Source of the DNA: Octopus sinensis
Lineage: Eukaryota
Length of the DNA stretch: 64,000 nucleotides
Reading direction: 5' to 3'
Assembly: GCF_006345805.1 (NCBI RefSeq)
Contig: NC_043007.1
Location: 71,362,001-71,426,000, forward strand
The position numbers and the translations under genes were made by a program. The notes beneath the pieces were generated by a model. That model ran no database searches. It was not told the DNA's origin and worked only from the letters and a program-made list of their open reading frames with translations. The first letter of the stretch is position 1; each line of letters begins with the position of its first letter. Below, piece after piece: positions 50,150 through 64,000 of this stretch.

Positions 50150-50759
50150 GTCAGTCTAATCATTACGTGGGCCACCCCCCCCCCCTCAGTATCCACATCA
50201 ATTCAATCTACTGCTTACCGACACTTGAAGAGAAGAAATTTTTGTACCAATATACTGAATAATTGTTATCATTATAAATAATTCACGAGTTATTTGTAAA
50301 TTACTACCTGACATTTAAGGTGAATTAACGAAGTATGTGCTTATTTATCTATAATATCAATTGCTCAATTGCTCGTTAATATCAATTGCTTTAGCTACGG
50401 AATCCACTCAATAAAAATTAGAAGCAATCTTAATTGGTTACATTCTAGGAAATCAAACAGTAAATTAGTAATAATCACTACGGATTCAAATTGATAATAC
50501 AGTAATCTATTCTATTCATCAGTCTGTATCATTTTAGTTTCTGAAATAATTTTTCATCCATTCTTTTCATAAAAGTCTCTCCAATCTCATAAAGTCTGGA
50601 AAAGTTTTTAAAAAATACTATAACTATTTTGTTTTAGTTTAGTTAAACCCCACCTATAACATGGTTTCTACATTTAAAGTTAAGGATCCAGACGATTAAG
50701 ATTAATGGAGACATCTATGCATCATTTACTTCAGCAGAGATTTTGCTGAGTGTGAATAA

Positions 50760-51960
50760 TAAAACTTTAAAATTCTAATTTTAATATGTTTTCATAGAAA
50801 TGGGATTCTATCGGAAGATGTGATAGATCTACAGGCATTTACTGGCAACACATCTAAAGACCTAAGCTGTGTTCCTCCAAAAAGTGCTTTCCGCTTTGAC
50901 CGACCAGGATCCAAACCCAGATTGATTAAGCTGTTGTTTTCGAACTCTACTGAGGCGCGGGCATACCATCTAGCCGCTGATAGGGCTCGGCGCGAAAACA
51001 GAATTACCTTTCGGACACGTCCTGGCCTACCAACTGATGTACGTTCGTTCAAAGCTAAGATCTGTAGCTTCCCTAAATCGCAACTCTGTGCCACAGGAAA
51101 GCTTTAGCCTACGCGACGATGGGAATATGGAAATTCGTCAAGTCTGGTGAGTCATGGATAAGGGATATCAGTTGGTCTGAACATACTGCACCCACAATAA
51201 CTGGCAATACAAAAATCATGGAAAACTAAACAAGAACAATCAGCCATCCCCTGTATATCATCGTCATCTGAAATCCAGATACAAACTGTTGTCTTTAAAT
51301 GCCCGTAGTTTATGCAACAAAGTACATCTTTTTTACTCTTACGTCAAAAGTATCGACTACGATTTCATCACAGTCACGGAAACATGGGCACACTCTGCAC
51401 TCTGTGATGGGGTTTTCAGCATAGCCGGCTACAACCTGTTCCGCAAAGACCGCATTAATCGACGTGGTGGGAGTGTGATGGTTTACGTTCGTTCAAATCT
51501 ATCGGTAATTCCTTGTGATGATTTGAACCAATCTCAACAGGAAGTATTTTTCTGCAATATACACATGACTATGTCAACACTTCTACTCGGAGTTGTTTAC
51601 CGCCTCCCAAATTATCATCAAGACACACAACATTTTGATATCCTCAGAGTTGCTGCCATGAAAACAGCCACTTATGTTTATATTGCGGGGAACTTCAATT
51701 TTCCTTAGATTGACTGAGAGGCCTTCCGTTGGCCGCAAAGTGCAGACGATTTCCTTGAACTGGTGCGGAATTGAAATTGGTCTCAAGTCGTTACCTCCCC
51801 TACAAGGGGTAACATCACTTTAGATCTGCTATTTACCGCTTCTCCTGAAACAATTATTAGTGTCACTACTGAAGAACCTTTAGGTGACTCTGATCATTCC
51901 ATGATCATGGCCGACTTGTCTCTGGTTATAACAAAAACCACAACCGTCTTCAAACTGCCC
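50760..51960 (+). mobile_element. CR1/L2-type LINE 5' part (ORF1 tail plus APE endonuclease), decayed
   Basis: KPRLIKL (ORF1); LNARSL, ITVTETW, FRKDR..RGGSV, VYRLPN, GNFNFP, PTRGNITLDLLF and LGDSDH (endonuclease). Confidence 0.88.
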
Positions 51961-52059
51961 GATTTGACTGGAATAAAGCAGACTGGAACTCTTATTTACG
52001 GAGCTGTGACGCGCAAACTGGCTCGAATTTTATGCCTCTGGAGATGTGAACAATATACT

Positions 52060-52660
52060 TCAGAACATTCTGCTATTTCGTTCTGAGTTCAAATTCCACC
52101 GAGGTCCACTTTGCCTTTCATACTTTAGGCTCGATTAAATAAGTACCGGTTACGCACTGGAGTTGATGTAATCGACTCAATCCCTTTGTCTGTCCTTGTT
52201 TGTCCCCTCTATGTTTATTCCCCTTTGGGCAAAAAAGAAATTAATATTTTAACATTGTAAAAGCGGCGAGCTGGCAGAGACGTTAGCACGCCGGGCGAAA
52301 TGCTTAGTGGTATTTCGTCTGCCGTTACGTTGTGAGTTCAAATTCCGCCGAGGTCGACTTTGCCTTTCGACAATTTCGGAGTCGATAAATTAAGTACCAG
52401 TTACGCACTGGGGTTGATGTAATCGACTTAATCCGTCTGTCTGTCCTTGTTTGTCCCTTCTGTGTTTAGCCCCTTGTGGGTAGTAAAGAAAGGTATTTTC
52501 TCTGCCGTTACGTTCTGAGTTTAAAATCCCGCCGAGGTCAGCTTTCCCTTTCATCCTTTCAGTGTCGATAAATCAAGTACCAGTTGCGTACTGGGATCGA
52601 TATAATCGATTGGCCACTTCCCCAAAATTTCGGGCCTCGTGTCAAGAGCAGAAAAGAATA
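52060..52660 (+). mobile_element. Cluster of three family-B SINE copies
   Basis: Three successive ctgagttcaaattcc.ccgaggtc.actttgcctttc cores at ~52082, ~52333 and ~52515; full head at 52262. Confidence 0.85.
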
Positions 52661-52849
52661 TTTTAACATTGTTAACTTCTTTCTCAATTCTAGTCGTCTT
52701 TAAAGAAATCCCAAATATAATTTCAGTCTCGAAAACAATACAGATGCAGATGAGAACATATTGACATGTCCCATCACTGTTCAGGCACATGGTGTAAATA
52801 ATTTCGAAATTTATAATTTTGTCTTTGGGTCTATCTTAACAACATGTCT

Positions 52850-53600
52850 ACATGACTAAATTAATGTAAACTGCATGAGAATTCAAGACACTACAACCAT
52901 AACTCACCTTCATGAACTAGGAAATATATCTGAAGTAGGTCAGTGGGTCCTTTATTATTGGAAAGAGAGGAGCGTCAGCCGCCTGTAGATAAGTGATTGT
53001 AGTATGTCATATATGGATTGAATAGAAAATATGGACAGGGAACCATCCACGCGTTGACTAGTGACTGAAGTATGTCTATGATTGATGGAAATGGAAGACA
53101 GAGAGTGATGACTAAATGCATATGGAACAGTTATTGTTGCATGTCTGTTAGCGATCGTGTGTCACTCAATCCATATGTCCTTCTTTGGATGCATTCCAGG
53201 ATGAGTCTGCACATAACAGCAGCACTGTCCCAAATCTGAGAGGAGCACTCTATTATGGTATTAACTTGAGATTTGCAAGATATCAGAATTTGTTGAGGAC
53301 TGAAATTTTTCTATCATGTAGATAAGGGCCAGTTTCTGTTACGTAGTACCAGCTATATTTATGGATGGACTTTTATTCTGAGAGATTCTTGGTGATAGCG
53401 AGGCCTGTCATTTGAAGTGACTGCAATGGCTCTAACTGCGTGGAACTCATCTATACTGGATGTGGCAATGCTGGTAGTGATTTTTTGATATGAGTAGAGA
53501 TTGTGCTGTTTTGCATTTAAAACCAACATGATCAATATGAGTAGAAATTGTGCTTTTAGCATTTCAAACTAATATGGTCCCAATGAGGATTTTTTGAGGT
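52850..53600 (-). mobile_element. CR1/L2-type LINE RT 3' remnant
   Basis: Decayed ECSSQIWDSAA...ECIQRR motif and a CR1-like 3' end. Confidence 0.55.
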
Positions 53601-54020
53601 TTCTTTTCATGAAATCGATGTTGGCTTATTATGTGTTGTATAGGATGTTTGTGATTGAAAATGTATATATGATTGCGTAGACATTCAAATGTACGTGTAA
53701 GTACTCTATTTATCTACTTACTGTTTTGTTCCATTTATATTTTATAATTTGTCAACATTTTGGTGTTGATTTCGCGTGTGTGTTTCGCACATGTTTTTTC
53801 TGAGACATCGTGCATAGGAGAAAGTGTGCTTTGTATGGAAGTAAAATTTCATTTTTGTGATTATTTTCATTAAAAGACCTCTCCCTTCAAGTCTTCCACA
53901 GGTTCCTTTATCCCATTCCACCAATGTTGTTAGATTAGATTTGTTTTTGAATGGAGAGCCCGGTGTAGCACATCCATGTTGCTATTCAACGCGGAGCATT
54001 TTATCTTATTATTCGCGCGA

Positions 54021-54113
54021 AGCTCTTCTTCTTCTTCTTCTTCTTCTTCTTCTTCTTCTTCTCTTCTTCTTCTTCTTCTTCTTCTTCTTCTTCTTCTTCT
54101 CCTCCTCCTCCTC

Positions 54114-54152
<39 letters not shown>

Positions 54153-54160
54153 GTTATTAC
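54021..54160. repeat. Compound (TTC)n-(CTC)n-(CTA)n trinucleotide microsatellite
   Basis: Directly visible. It is the source of the poly-S/R/E/L ORFs. Confidence 0.95.
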
Positions 54161-54270
54161 TATTTCATACATGCAGAACAGATTAGACTGTTGGAAAAGA
54201 AAAGTCCTTAACATCGGGTTACAACAGGTAGCCTCACATACCAAAATCTCTCCTAAATATTTTAGCTGTT

Positions 54271-54480
54271 CGGCGGTGAGATGGCAGTAGCTCGCCGGGC
54301 GAAATGCTAAGCGTTAGCTCGCCCATCGCTACGCTCTGAGTTTAAATTCCGCCGAGATTGACTTTGCCTTTCATCTTTTCTAGGTCGATAAATTAAGTAC
54401 CAGTGAAAAACTGCGGATTGATGTAATCGATTTATACCCTCCCCCCAAATGGCTGCCTTTGTGGCAAAATTTAAACCATT
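54271..54480 (+). mobile_element. SINE family B followed by an (ATT)n tail
   Basis: ggcggtgagatggcag...ctgagtttaaattccgccgagattgactttgcctttcatc. Confidence 0.8.
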
Positions 54481-54499
54481 ATCATTATCATCATTATCA

Positions 54500-54549
<50 letters not shown>

Positions 54550-55183
54550 TATTATTATTATTATTATTTATTCATGTATTTATTTATTTATCTATTCATT
54601 TATTTGATGAAAGAAGCAAATATTCCATAGGTACGGGTTTTGTAGCTTCTTTGGCTTTTAAAATTATATGTGTATATAAATGTTGTATATTATATATAAG
54701 CATTTACATATATTTACATGAGTGTATTACATGTATCTTTAATTTTGTATTGTTTTTTTGTGCAGTTCTTTGTTACGTCCTTTTTGTGTTACTTTTTTTT
54801 TTGCTCGTTTTACCCCTCTACAAGGTTATTTTATTTTAATTCTCTCGTAGGAAGGCCTAGCATGGACAGACGTGTCCAGTCTTGCCTTTGAAACACGCTA
54901 TGTCTGCGAGCGACAGCTGATGAAGGGGATTTTTCCTTGTGCAGCATGTCCTGTACTTCGTTTTTCTGCTGTACATAATTGTTTTTCCCGTTTTCGTTTC
55001 GTCTTGTTCCACGTCTCTGTCCTTCTGTTGTAACAAAATGGCTTTTCCGTTTTCGTTTCTGTTGATTTTTACGTCTTCTTGTGGTGTCCTGTACGTATAT
55101 ATATTTATATATGCATGTATATATACATATAGATGTCGGTACGTACACATATGTTTGTATGTATGCATATATTTTATTTATTA

Positions 55184-55802
<619 letters not shown>

Positions 55803-55859
55803 AATATATTCAAGTGAAAACATTTACAGATTTTTTCTCTTATGGGATTTTTCACGCTA

Positions 55860-57045
55860 ACTACTTGATAATTTCTTATGAAGATTTAATCCTTGTACGT
55901 ATTAGACATTCATTTACGTGCACTTCGTCTGGTCTCATATATTGCATAAAATGCACCCTCTGCGGGATGCTGTATGTAGGACAGACGGGACGCCGGTTGG
56001 TCGACCAATTCGCCGAACATCTAAGGGGTGTTCGGCTGCGTTCCAATTCTCCCGTCGCACGCCACTTCTGCTCGGCCAGCCATTCCCCGATGACATCTCT
56101 GTGTTTGGTCTCGCCCCACACAACGGTCCTCCACAATCCAGGCTTCACTTGGAGCAACGGTTCATATTCACTTTACAGACTAATACCCCGCACGGACTCA
56201 ACACAGCCCCTCCTCTTAGTGACTGCGCTCCACCTACCGCAACAAGCAACTTTTTTTTATTTCTTATTTCTTCCTTCCCTTTTTTTTCATTCCTTTCCCT
56301 ACGTGCTATAACGTCTTTTATATTATTTATTGTTTTTTTATTATTTTATTGTTTTTATAAATTATTGTCCTTATACAGAAACACATACACACACATACTC
56401 ACGTATCCACGAACACACACATACTTCCAACACACCACGCACATACAACATACATGCACATATACGCACACATACTTCAACACATATATACACACGCACA
56501 CACACAAAAATACACACACCTACACACCCACAAACCCTCACGCGCACATGCACATAAGCCCGTGCACACACACACGTGCACAAACGCACACAAACGCACA
56601 AGAATGCACAGAAACCTAACCTATCCCATCCAGCATACACAGACACACAAACCTTTAGACACATACCTTTAGACACACACACATAAACGTACACATAGCC
56701 ACATACGCTCACATACTCAAGCACACGCGCGTACACACATTAAAATGAACACAACCCAACACACATCTCCACGGTCACACACACGTACGTACATACGCAC
56801 ACAATACACGCACACACACATACAAACGTACATACACACAGACCAGCACAGATGCCCACATATACTTCCAACAAACAATACTCATACAGATACGCACACA
56901 CTTATACATACATGGGCACATACACACACACACATACACGCACTTAAGCGCACACACGCACACAAGCACACGCATGTACATTACGCCCACACAACTAAAA
57001 AAATCCCCCCACACACACACGCATACATTCACACACACACATACA

Positions 57046-57080
<35 letters not shown>

Positions 57081-58488
57081 GGGGTTGGCTGTATTGCAGG
57101 CGTGCGTCAGTGTATCTGTGTGTGCCTGTGGATTCACATACACCCACACCAATTTTTTTCCCATCAATCTTTCAAATATAACGTGTGTGCGTGCATACAT
57201 ATATATACACACATATAAACCTCTACATTTGTACACACACGCACATGTATACATACATTCACTCGCACGCACGTACACAGACATACACACGCACATACAC
57301 ACACACCAGCACAGATGCCCACATATACCGCCAACAAACAATACTCATACAGATACGCACACACTTATACACACATGGGCACAGACACACACACACATAC
57401 ACGCACGTAAGCGCACTCAAGCACACGCACGCACATTACGCCCACACAACTCCACCCCACCCCCACACGCATACACAAATTCACATACACACCGATACAT
57501 ATACATACACACAATATATGCCTACACGCGCACACACACATACACATACGTATACACATATAGGCACAGACACACACACACATACGCACACATAAACATG
57601 CGCACACATACGCACGCACACACGCACACCAATGCACACACCCAACACTCACAACACCACGGATACACGCATATACATCAATATAAACTTACACACACAC
57701 ACATACAAACGCACACGTACACGCACACACAACTACACGCACGCACATACATGCACACACACACACACAAATGAACCCACACATACATCCCATACATACG
57801 GCACACAATTATACATACATATATACACACATACGCAGGTACAAGCACACACGCACACATACACTAAGTAAAGCACAGTTATTCGCCACACACCCAAACT
57901 CTACGCATACACACACGATACATATACATACACGCACACACACACATACTTCAAAGTAACAGTACTGACCTGTGGCAGGGACAAAAACACCACTCCTTAT
58001 TCTACTAGCCTTACAAACTAGCCAGCCTTACTACTAGCCCTTTGTTTACAGCCACAACCACACACACATAGACACACACACGCACGCACACACACACACA
58101 TGCACGCACACACACACACACGTGTCATCATTGCACACATGCACACACATACGCACACACAGACCTCCGTGCACGCACATATCCACACTTACACACACAT
58201 TCCCCCCTCTACCATTCTGATGTCTTTGACAATACTACTCTTCTGTCTTTGAAAACATCTTTCTTCACCCTTTTCCTTCCGGTCGTTCAAAATGTGACCT
58301 CGTGTGTACCGTTGGCGATTTTTTTCTTCTCTGGATCTTTCCTTCTCCTATGTTTGCGACGAAGAGCTCCGTTCGAAACGTTAAACCCTCCTTCTTTCCT
58401 ACTTTCCTGAGCGTCCAATAATACCATTTTTGTTCCACGTCCTCGCGTTGTTGTGTTTTTTTTTGTGCTTTCTTGTTTGGATTAACTA

Positions 58489-58490
<2 letters not shown>
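55860..58490 (+). mobile_element. Penelope-like element 3' part: frameshifted GIY-YIG, CA-rich expansion, pLTR
   Basis: FTCTSSGLIYCIKCTLCGMLYVGQTGRRLVDQFAEHL (frame of 55814) shifts near 56080 to DDISVFGL...RLHLEQRFIFTLQTNTPHGLN (frame of 55918). pLTR-like end with gcgacgaagagctccgttcgaaacgtt at ~58346-58382. Confidence 0.85.
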
Positions 58491-58576
<86 letters not shown>

Positions 58577-59400
58577 TGTCCTATGTCCACTTTTGTAAGG
58601 CTTGTTTATCTATTTATTGCTTGTTCGTTCTCGTTCTGTTATGTTTTGGTCCCATTTCTTGGTATTTTCTCATGCCGGGACCACCGGAAAGGAAACAACA
58701 TTATCGTTAAAAATACGAAATTGCGTTCGACCGTGTGGTTGATGACTGATGCTATGTCAGTTTTCCGTTCGTTTATGCATTTGTTATATGTTTCCCCACT
58801 TATTAACTAATAGAACACTACGTACCTTCGATTTTATTCATAGTAAGTGCTCATATATTCGTATGACTTTTATTTGTATCCCTCTTCTTTCTTCTTTCCC
58901 TTTCCCTCTTTCTCTCTCTCTCCCTCATGCTTACTTTCTTCCTCCTCTTGCTGAAGCAACCAGTCGTATTTTTCTCTGGTCTGCACCTCAACCTGTTTCG
59001 CTGTACATCCTTTTCTCTTTCTCTGTCATTCTGTCTGTCTGTCTGTCTCTCTGTCTGTCTCTCTCTCTGTCTCTCTCCCCCTCTCTTTTTCTCTCCCTCT
59101 TTTTTCCTCTTCCCTCTCTGCTCGCTACCACTTCTCTCCCTCCTGCTACTCACACATGACCCGTGGTCATCCTTTTTATTTTTTCTCTTTCTCCTTTCTT
59201 TTTTACGCAGACCTCTGAAGCAAGCGGCCGTATATTTCTCTAGTCTCCATTTCAACCTGTTTCACTATATGTTGTCTTCCAGTTTCCAATCGTTTAGGAT
59301 TTTCTGGGATTGCTAATTATATTTCTTTTATTCTTCTTGACTCTTCCTTGGGTGATTTACACACCCCGCCTTACTTTTCTCTACACAGATGCTTGTGGGA

Positions 59401-59434
<34 letters not shown>

Positions 59435-59447
<13 letters not shown>

Positions 59448-60310
59448 TGAAATGCGTTTTTACCGCTTGGATCGCTTTCAATGCCACTACATCCCGTCCC
59501 TTTCGCTCCAAAATTTACAGGGACATGTAGAATGAGGTGACGAAGCTCGTGGGCTACCTTAGAAATCCCTATCTTAAAAGATGTGGTTGCTAGGGGCCAT
59601 CGTCCTCACTCACGCTATTTCCTCCTTTCCCTCTCTTACTCCCCTTCATAATAACTTTGAGAAACCACTACCGTTATTTAATGTATTCCCCTCAACTCCC
59701 TTTCACTTTCCCTTTATAAGTTCGTCAAGCGGCTTTCTTTGATGTATCTGTTTGCATTCATAGGGAGAATTATTATCGCTACCAACAACACACAATCATG
59801 AAAACAAATATTATGAATCAGATATTCTTGCGTTCATTTATATGTGTGTGTGTGTGTGTGTTCTATATATAAATATGTATATATAATGTATGTGTGTGTG
59901 TTCTATATATAAATATGTATATATAATGTATGTGTGTGTGTGTGTGTTCTATATATAAATATGTATATATAATGTATGTGTGTGTGTGTGTTATATATAT
60001 AAATATGTATATATAATGTATATATACAAAGTGTATATATCTGTATTTATGTATATTAAACTTTTTCATACTTTTTCATAGTTATATATATTTTTAAACA
60101 AATTATAAATATAATTTAATAATTTTTATTTTCAATTTAAATAATTTAAATTTTTCAATTTTATATTTTATATATTTTCTATATTATATATTTTTTTAAT
60201 GTTTTTGTTTTTGGTTTTTCACTGTTTGATTTGCCTATTAGTGGTTTTATCTCTAATTTAATTTATACAGATATATATCTCATTTGTATACATTTGTATA
60301 TATAATGCGT

Positions 60311-60359
<49 letters not shown>

Positions 60360-61603
60360 CACACATATATATATACACACATATATATATACACATATAT
60401 ATATATATATATATATAATGTGTGCATTACGTAGTCGGTCGATTCAGCTGAAAATATGCACACCTATGTTAAAAGTGCTGGCAAGTTTGCATGACAACTA
60501 TTTTTTTCCTCAAATGAAAGGCGTCACCTCTAGGACAAAATTCCTCATCTTATAAAATGTGGCCCCAGTAGACCCGAATGAAATCGGGTTATATTAACCA
60601 AAATGTGAAAAGGGGTCTAAATGGGGCTGGAAGGGAATTAAAATTTCAAGGAGCGGGTGTTTAGGAATTCTCTGTTACATCAAGCTAAAAAATTTGCGCC
60701 AGCCTTTTAATCGTCAATGTGTTGCCGTCCATGATAAAGAAGTTTTGAATGCTTGCCATGGTGAGTCTACTGTCGTGAGAAAGAATCACTTCAAAAATTG
60801 GTGTTTACGAATTTTCTTTTACATCAAGTTCAAAATTTTACGCCAGCCGTTAAACTGTCACTACGTTGCTGTCCGTCGTTAAGAAATGCCAGCCATGGTG
60901 ACTCTACTATCCTCAGATTCTATCCCTTCAAACTTTGGTTTCCAATATTTTATTATTTTTATTCAGCTCGCAAGTTCGTCTGTCCCTTTTAAATGTTAGC
61001 GTTTTGCTGTCTGCCTTGAAGCAGACCTTTCCATTGCCACTGCCTTATATTTCTGATTGATCTTTCTAAATATTTTATTTCTCAACTTACTCAAGATCTT
61101 CTGTTGTTTATAAATGGGAGAGAGATAGATAAAGATAGAGAGTAAGAGAAAGCGAGGGAGAGTCCGAGAGAAAAGAAAAGTAAGAGAGTGGGAAAGTGAG
61201 AGAGAAAGGAGAGAGAAACAAATACGGAGAATCATCATCATCGTTTAACGTCCGTTTTCCGTGCTAGCACGGGTTAGACAGTGTGACCGGGGTCTGGGAA
61301 GCCAGGAGGCTGCACCAGGCTCCAGTCTGATCTGGCAGTGTTTCTACAGGTGGATGCCCTTCCTAACGCCAACCACTCTGTGAGTGTAGTGGGTGCTCTT
61401 TTCGTGCCGCCGACACAAGTGCCAGGGGGGCTCGCAGCGGCAACGATCGGTTGGTGCTTTTTACGTGCCACCGGCACAGAAGCAAGTCAAGGCGGCGCTG
61501 CAATCGGCCACGTTCGGATGGTGCTTTTTACGTGCTGAAAGGAAGCAATAGAAAGTAACAACCACACTCTTACCCGCGCGTAGAGCGGGTCACCTTCAGC
61601 TAG
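59435..61603 (+). mobile_element. Non-autonomous Helitron, unit 1 (RTE-tailed SINE inserted at 61231-61535)
   Basis: 5' tatataaaactg; 3' hairpin ACCCGC-GCGTAGA-GCGGGT (61572-61590) followed by CTAG (61600-61603). Confidence 0.8.
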
Positions 61604-63509
<1,906 letters not shown>

Positions 63510-63647
63510 TATATATATATATATTTAAATAGGTGAATGAATTATCCTATGTTTATCATCAGCATGGTAGAGGAATTTTGTTAACATCTTCGTTCGACTC
63601 CATTCTTTCATTTATATATACATATATATCGAACGTATGTATACATG

Positions 63648-63679
<32 letters not shown>

Positions 63680-64000
63680 ATACATGTGTGTGTGTGAGTG
63701 TGTGTGTGTGCTATGGGTAACCGCGCGCCATTAGCCACACGTGTGTTTGTATATGTATTTACGTGCGAATACGTGTTTACATGTTCTGTGTGTTCATGCA
63801 TGTGTGTGTGTGTGTGTGTGTTTGTGTTAGTATGTGTGTGTGTGTGTGTGTGTGTGTGTCTGTCTGTCTGTTTATATCTACGTGTATTTCTGTTGGCGTG
63901 TAGGTGTATGTTCTATGAAGTAGGTGGGTAGACCGGTTGTACTAGCGCCTTGTATATCCGCAGAGAGAACATCACCATTTTATCCTTACTAAATTGGACG

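Noticed and set aside
54885-54955. Apparent type II hammerhead topology (GAAA before CUGAUGA)
   Set aside because: Stem III does not pair. It is better explained as a decayed type I core (CUGAUGA-AGGGG/UUCCU...GUC/CUGUAC) shared with 47385-47430, whose GAAA has mutated.

Overview
This is AT-rich, microsatellite- and transposon-dense animal DNA, not prokaryotic. The SINE, MITE and Helitron repeats look to me like octopus (cephalopod) repeats; that assignment is from recall, not a search. Two host genes converge tail to tail. (1) On the + strand at 2.7-18.4 kb are the last 8 coding exons of a FERM-domain protein resembling a MyTH4-FERM unconventional myosin tail; all exons splice in frame with GT-AG introns. 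(2) On the - strand at 50064-42921 is a two-exon gene for a secreted bacterial-type M4 zinc metalloprotease with pseudolysin/vibriolysin architecture: signal peptide, FTP, PepSY, catalytic domain and PPC-like domain. It has a TATA box, a signal-peptide exon missing from the ORF track, a 5.2 kb TE-filled phase-1 intron, a complete catalytic residue set and 8 N-glycosylation sequons confined to the mature part. It looks like a domesticated horizontally acquired protease and is the top finding. The rest is a TE graveyard: mariner/maT, piggyBac, Helitron, RTE, Tx1/L1, CR1/L2, R4-like, several Penelope-like lineages and SINEs. Within it I found (a) a Helitron carrying a two-part templated insertion copied from neighbouring decayed TEs, (b) several hammerhead-ribozyme motifs, including a near-intact minimal one in the sense strand of an intron and a possible U-U variant, (c) a 192-bp-arm inverted repeat built from hammerhead-bearing units, and (d) a head-to-tail Helitron dimer. 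TE boundaries are approximate unless termini are quoted.
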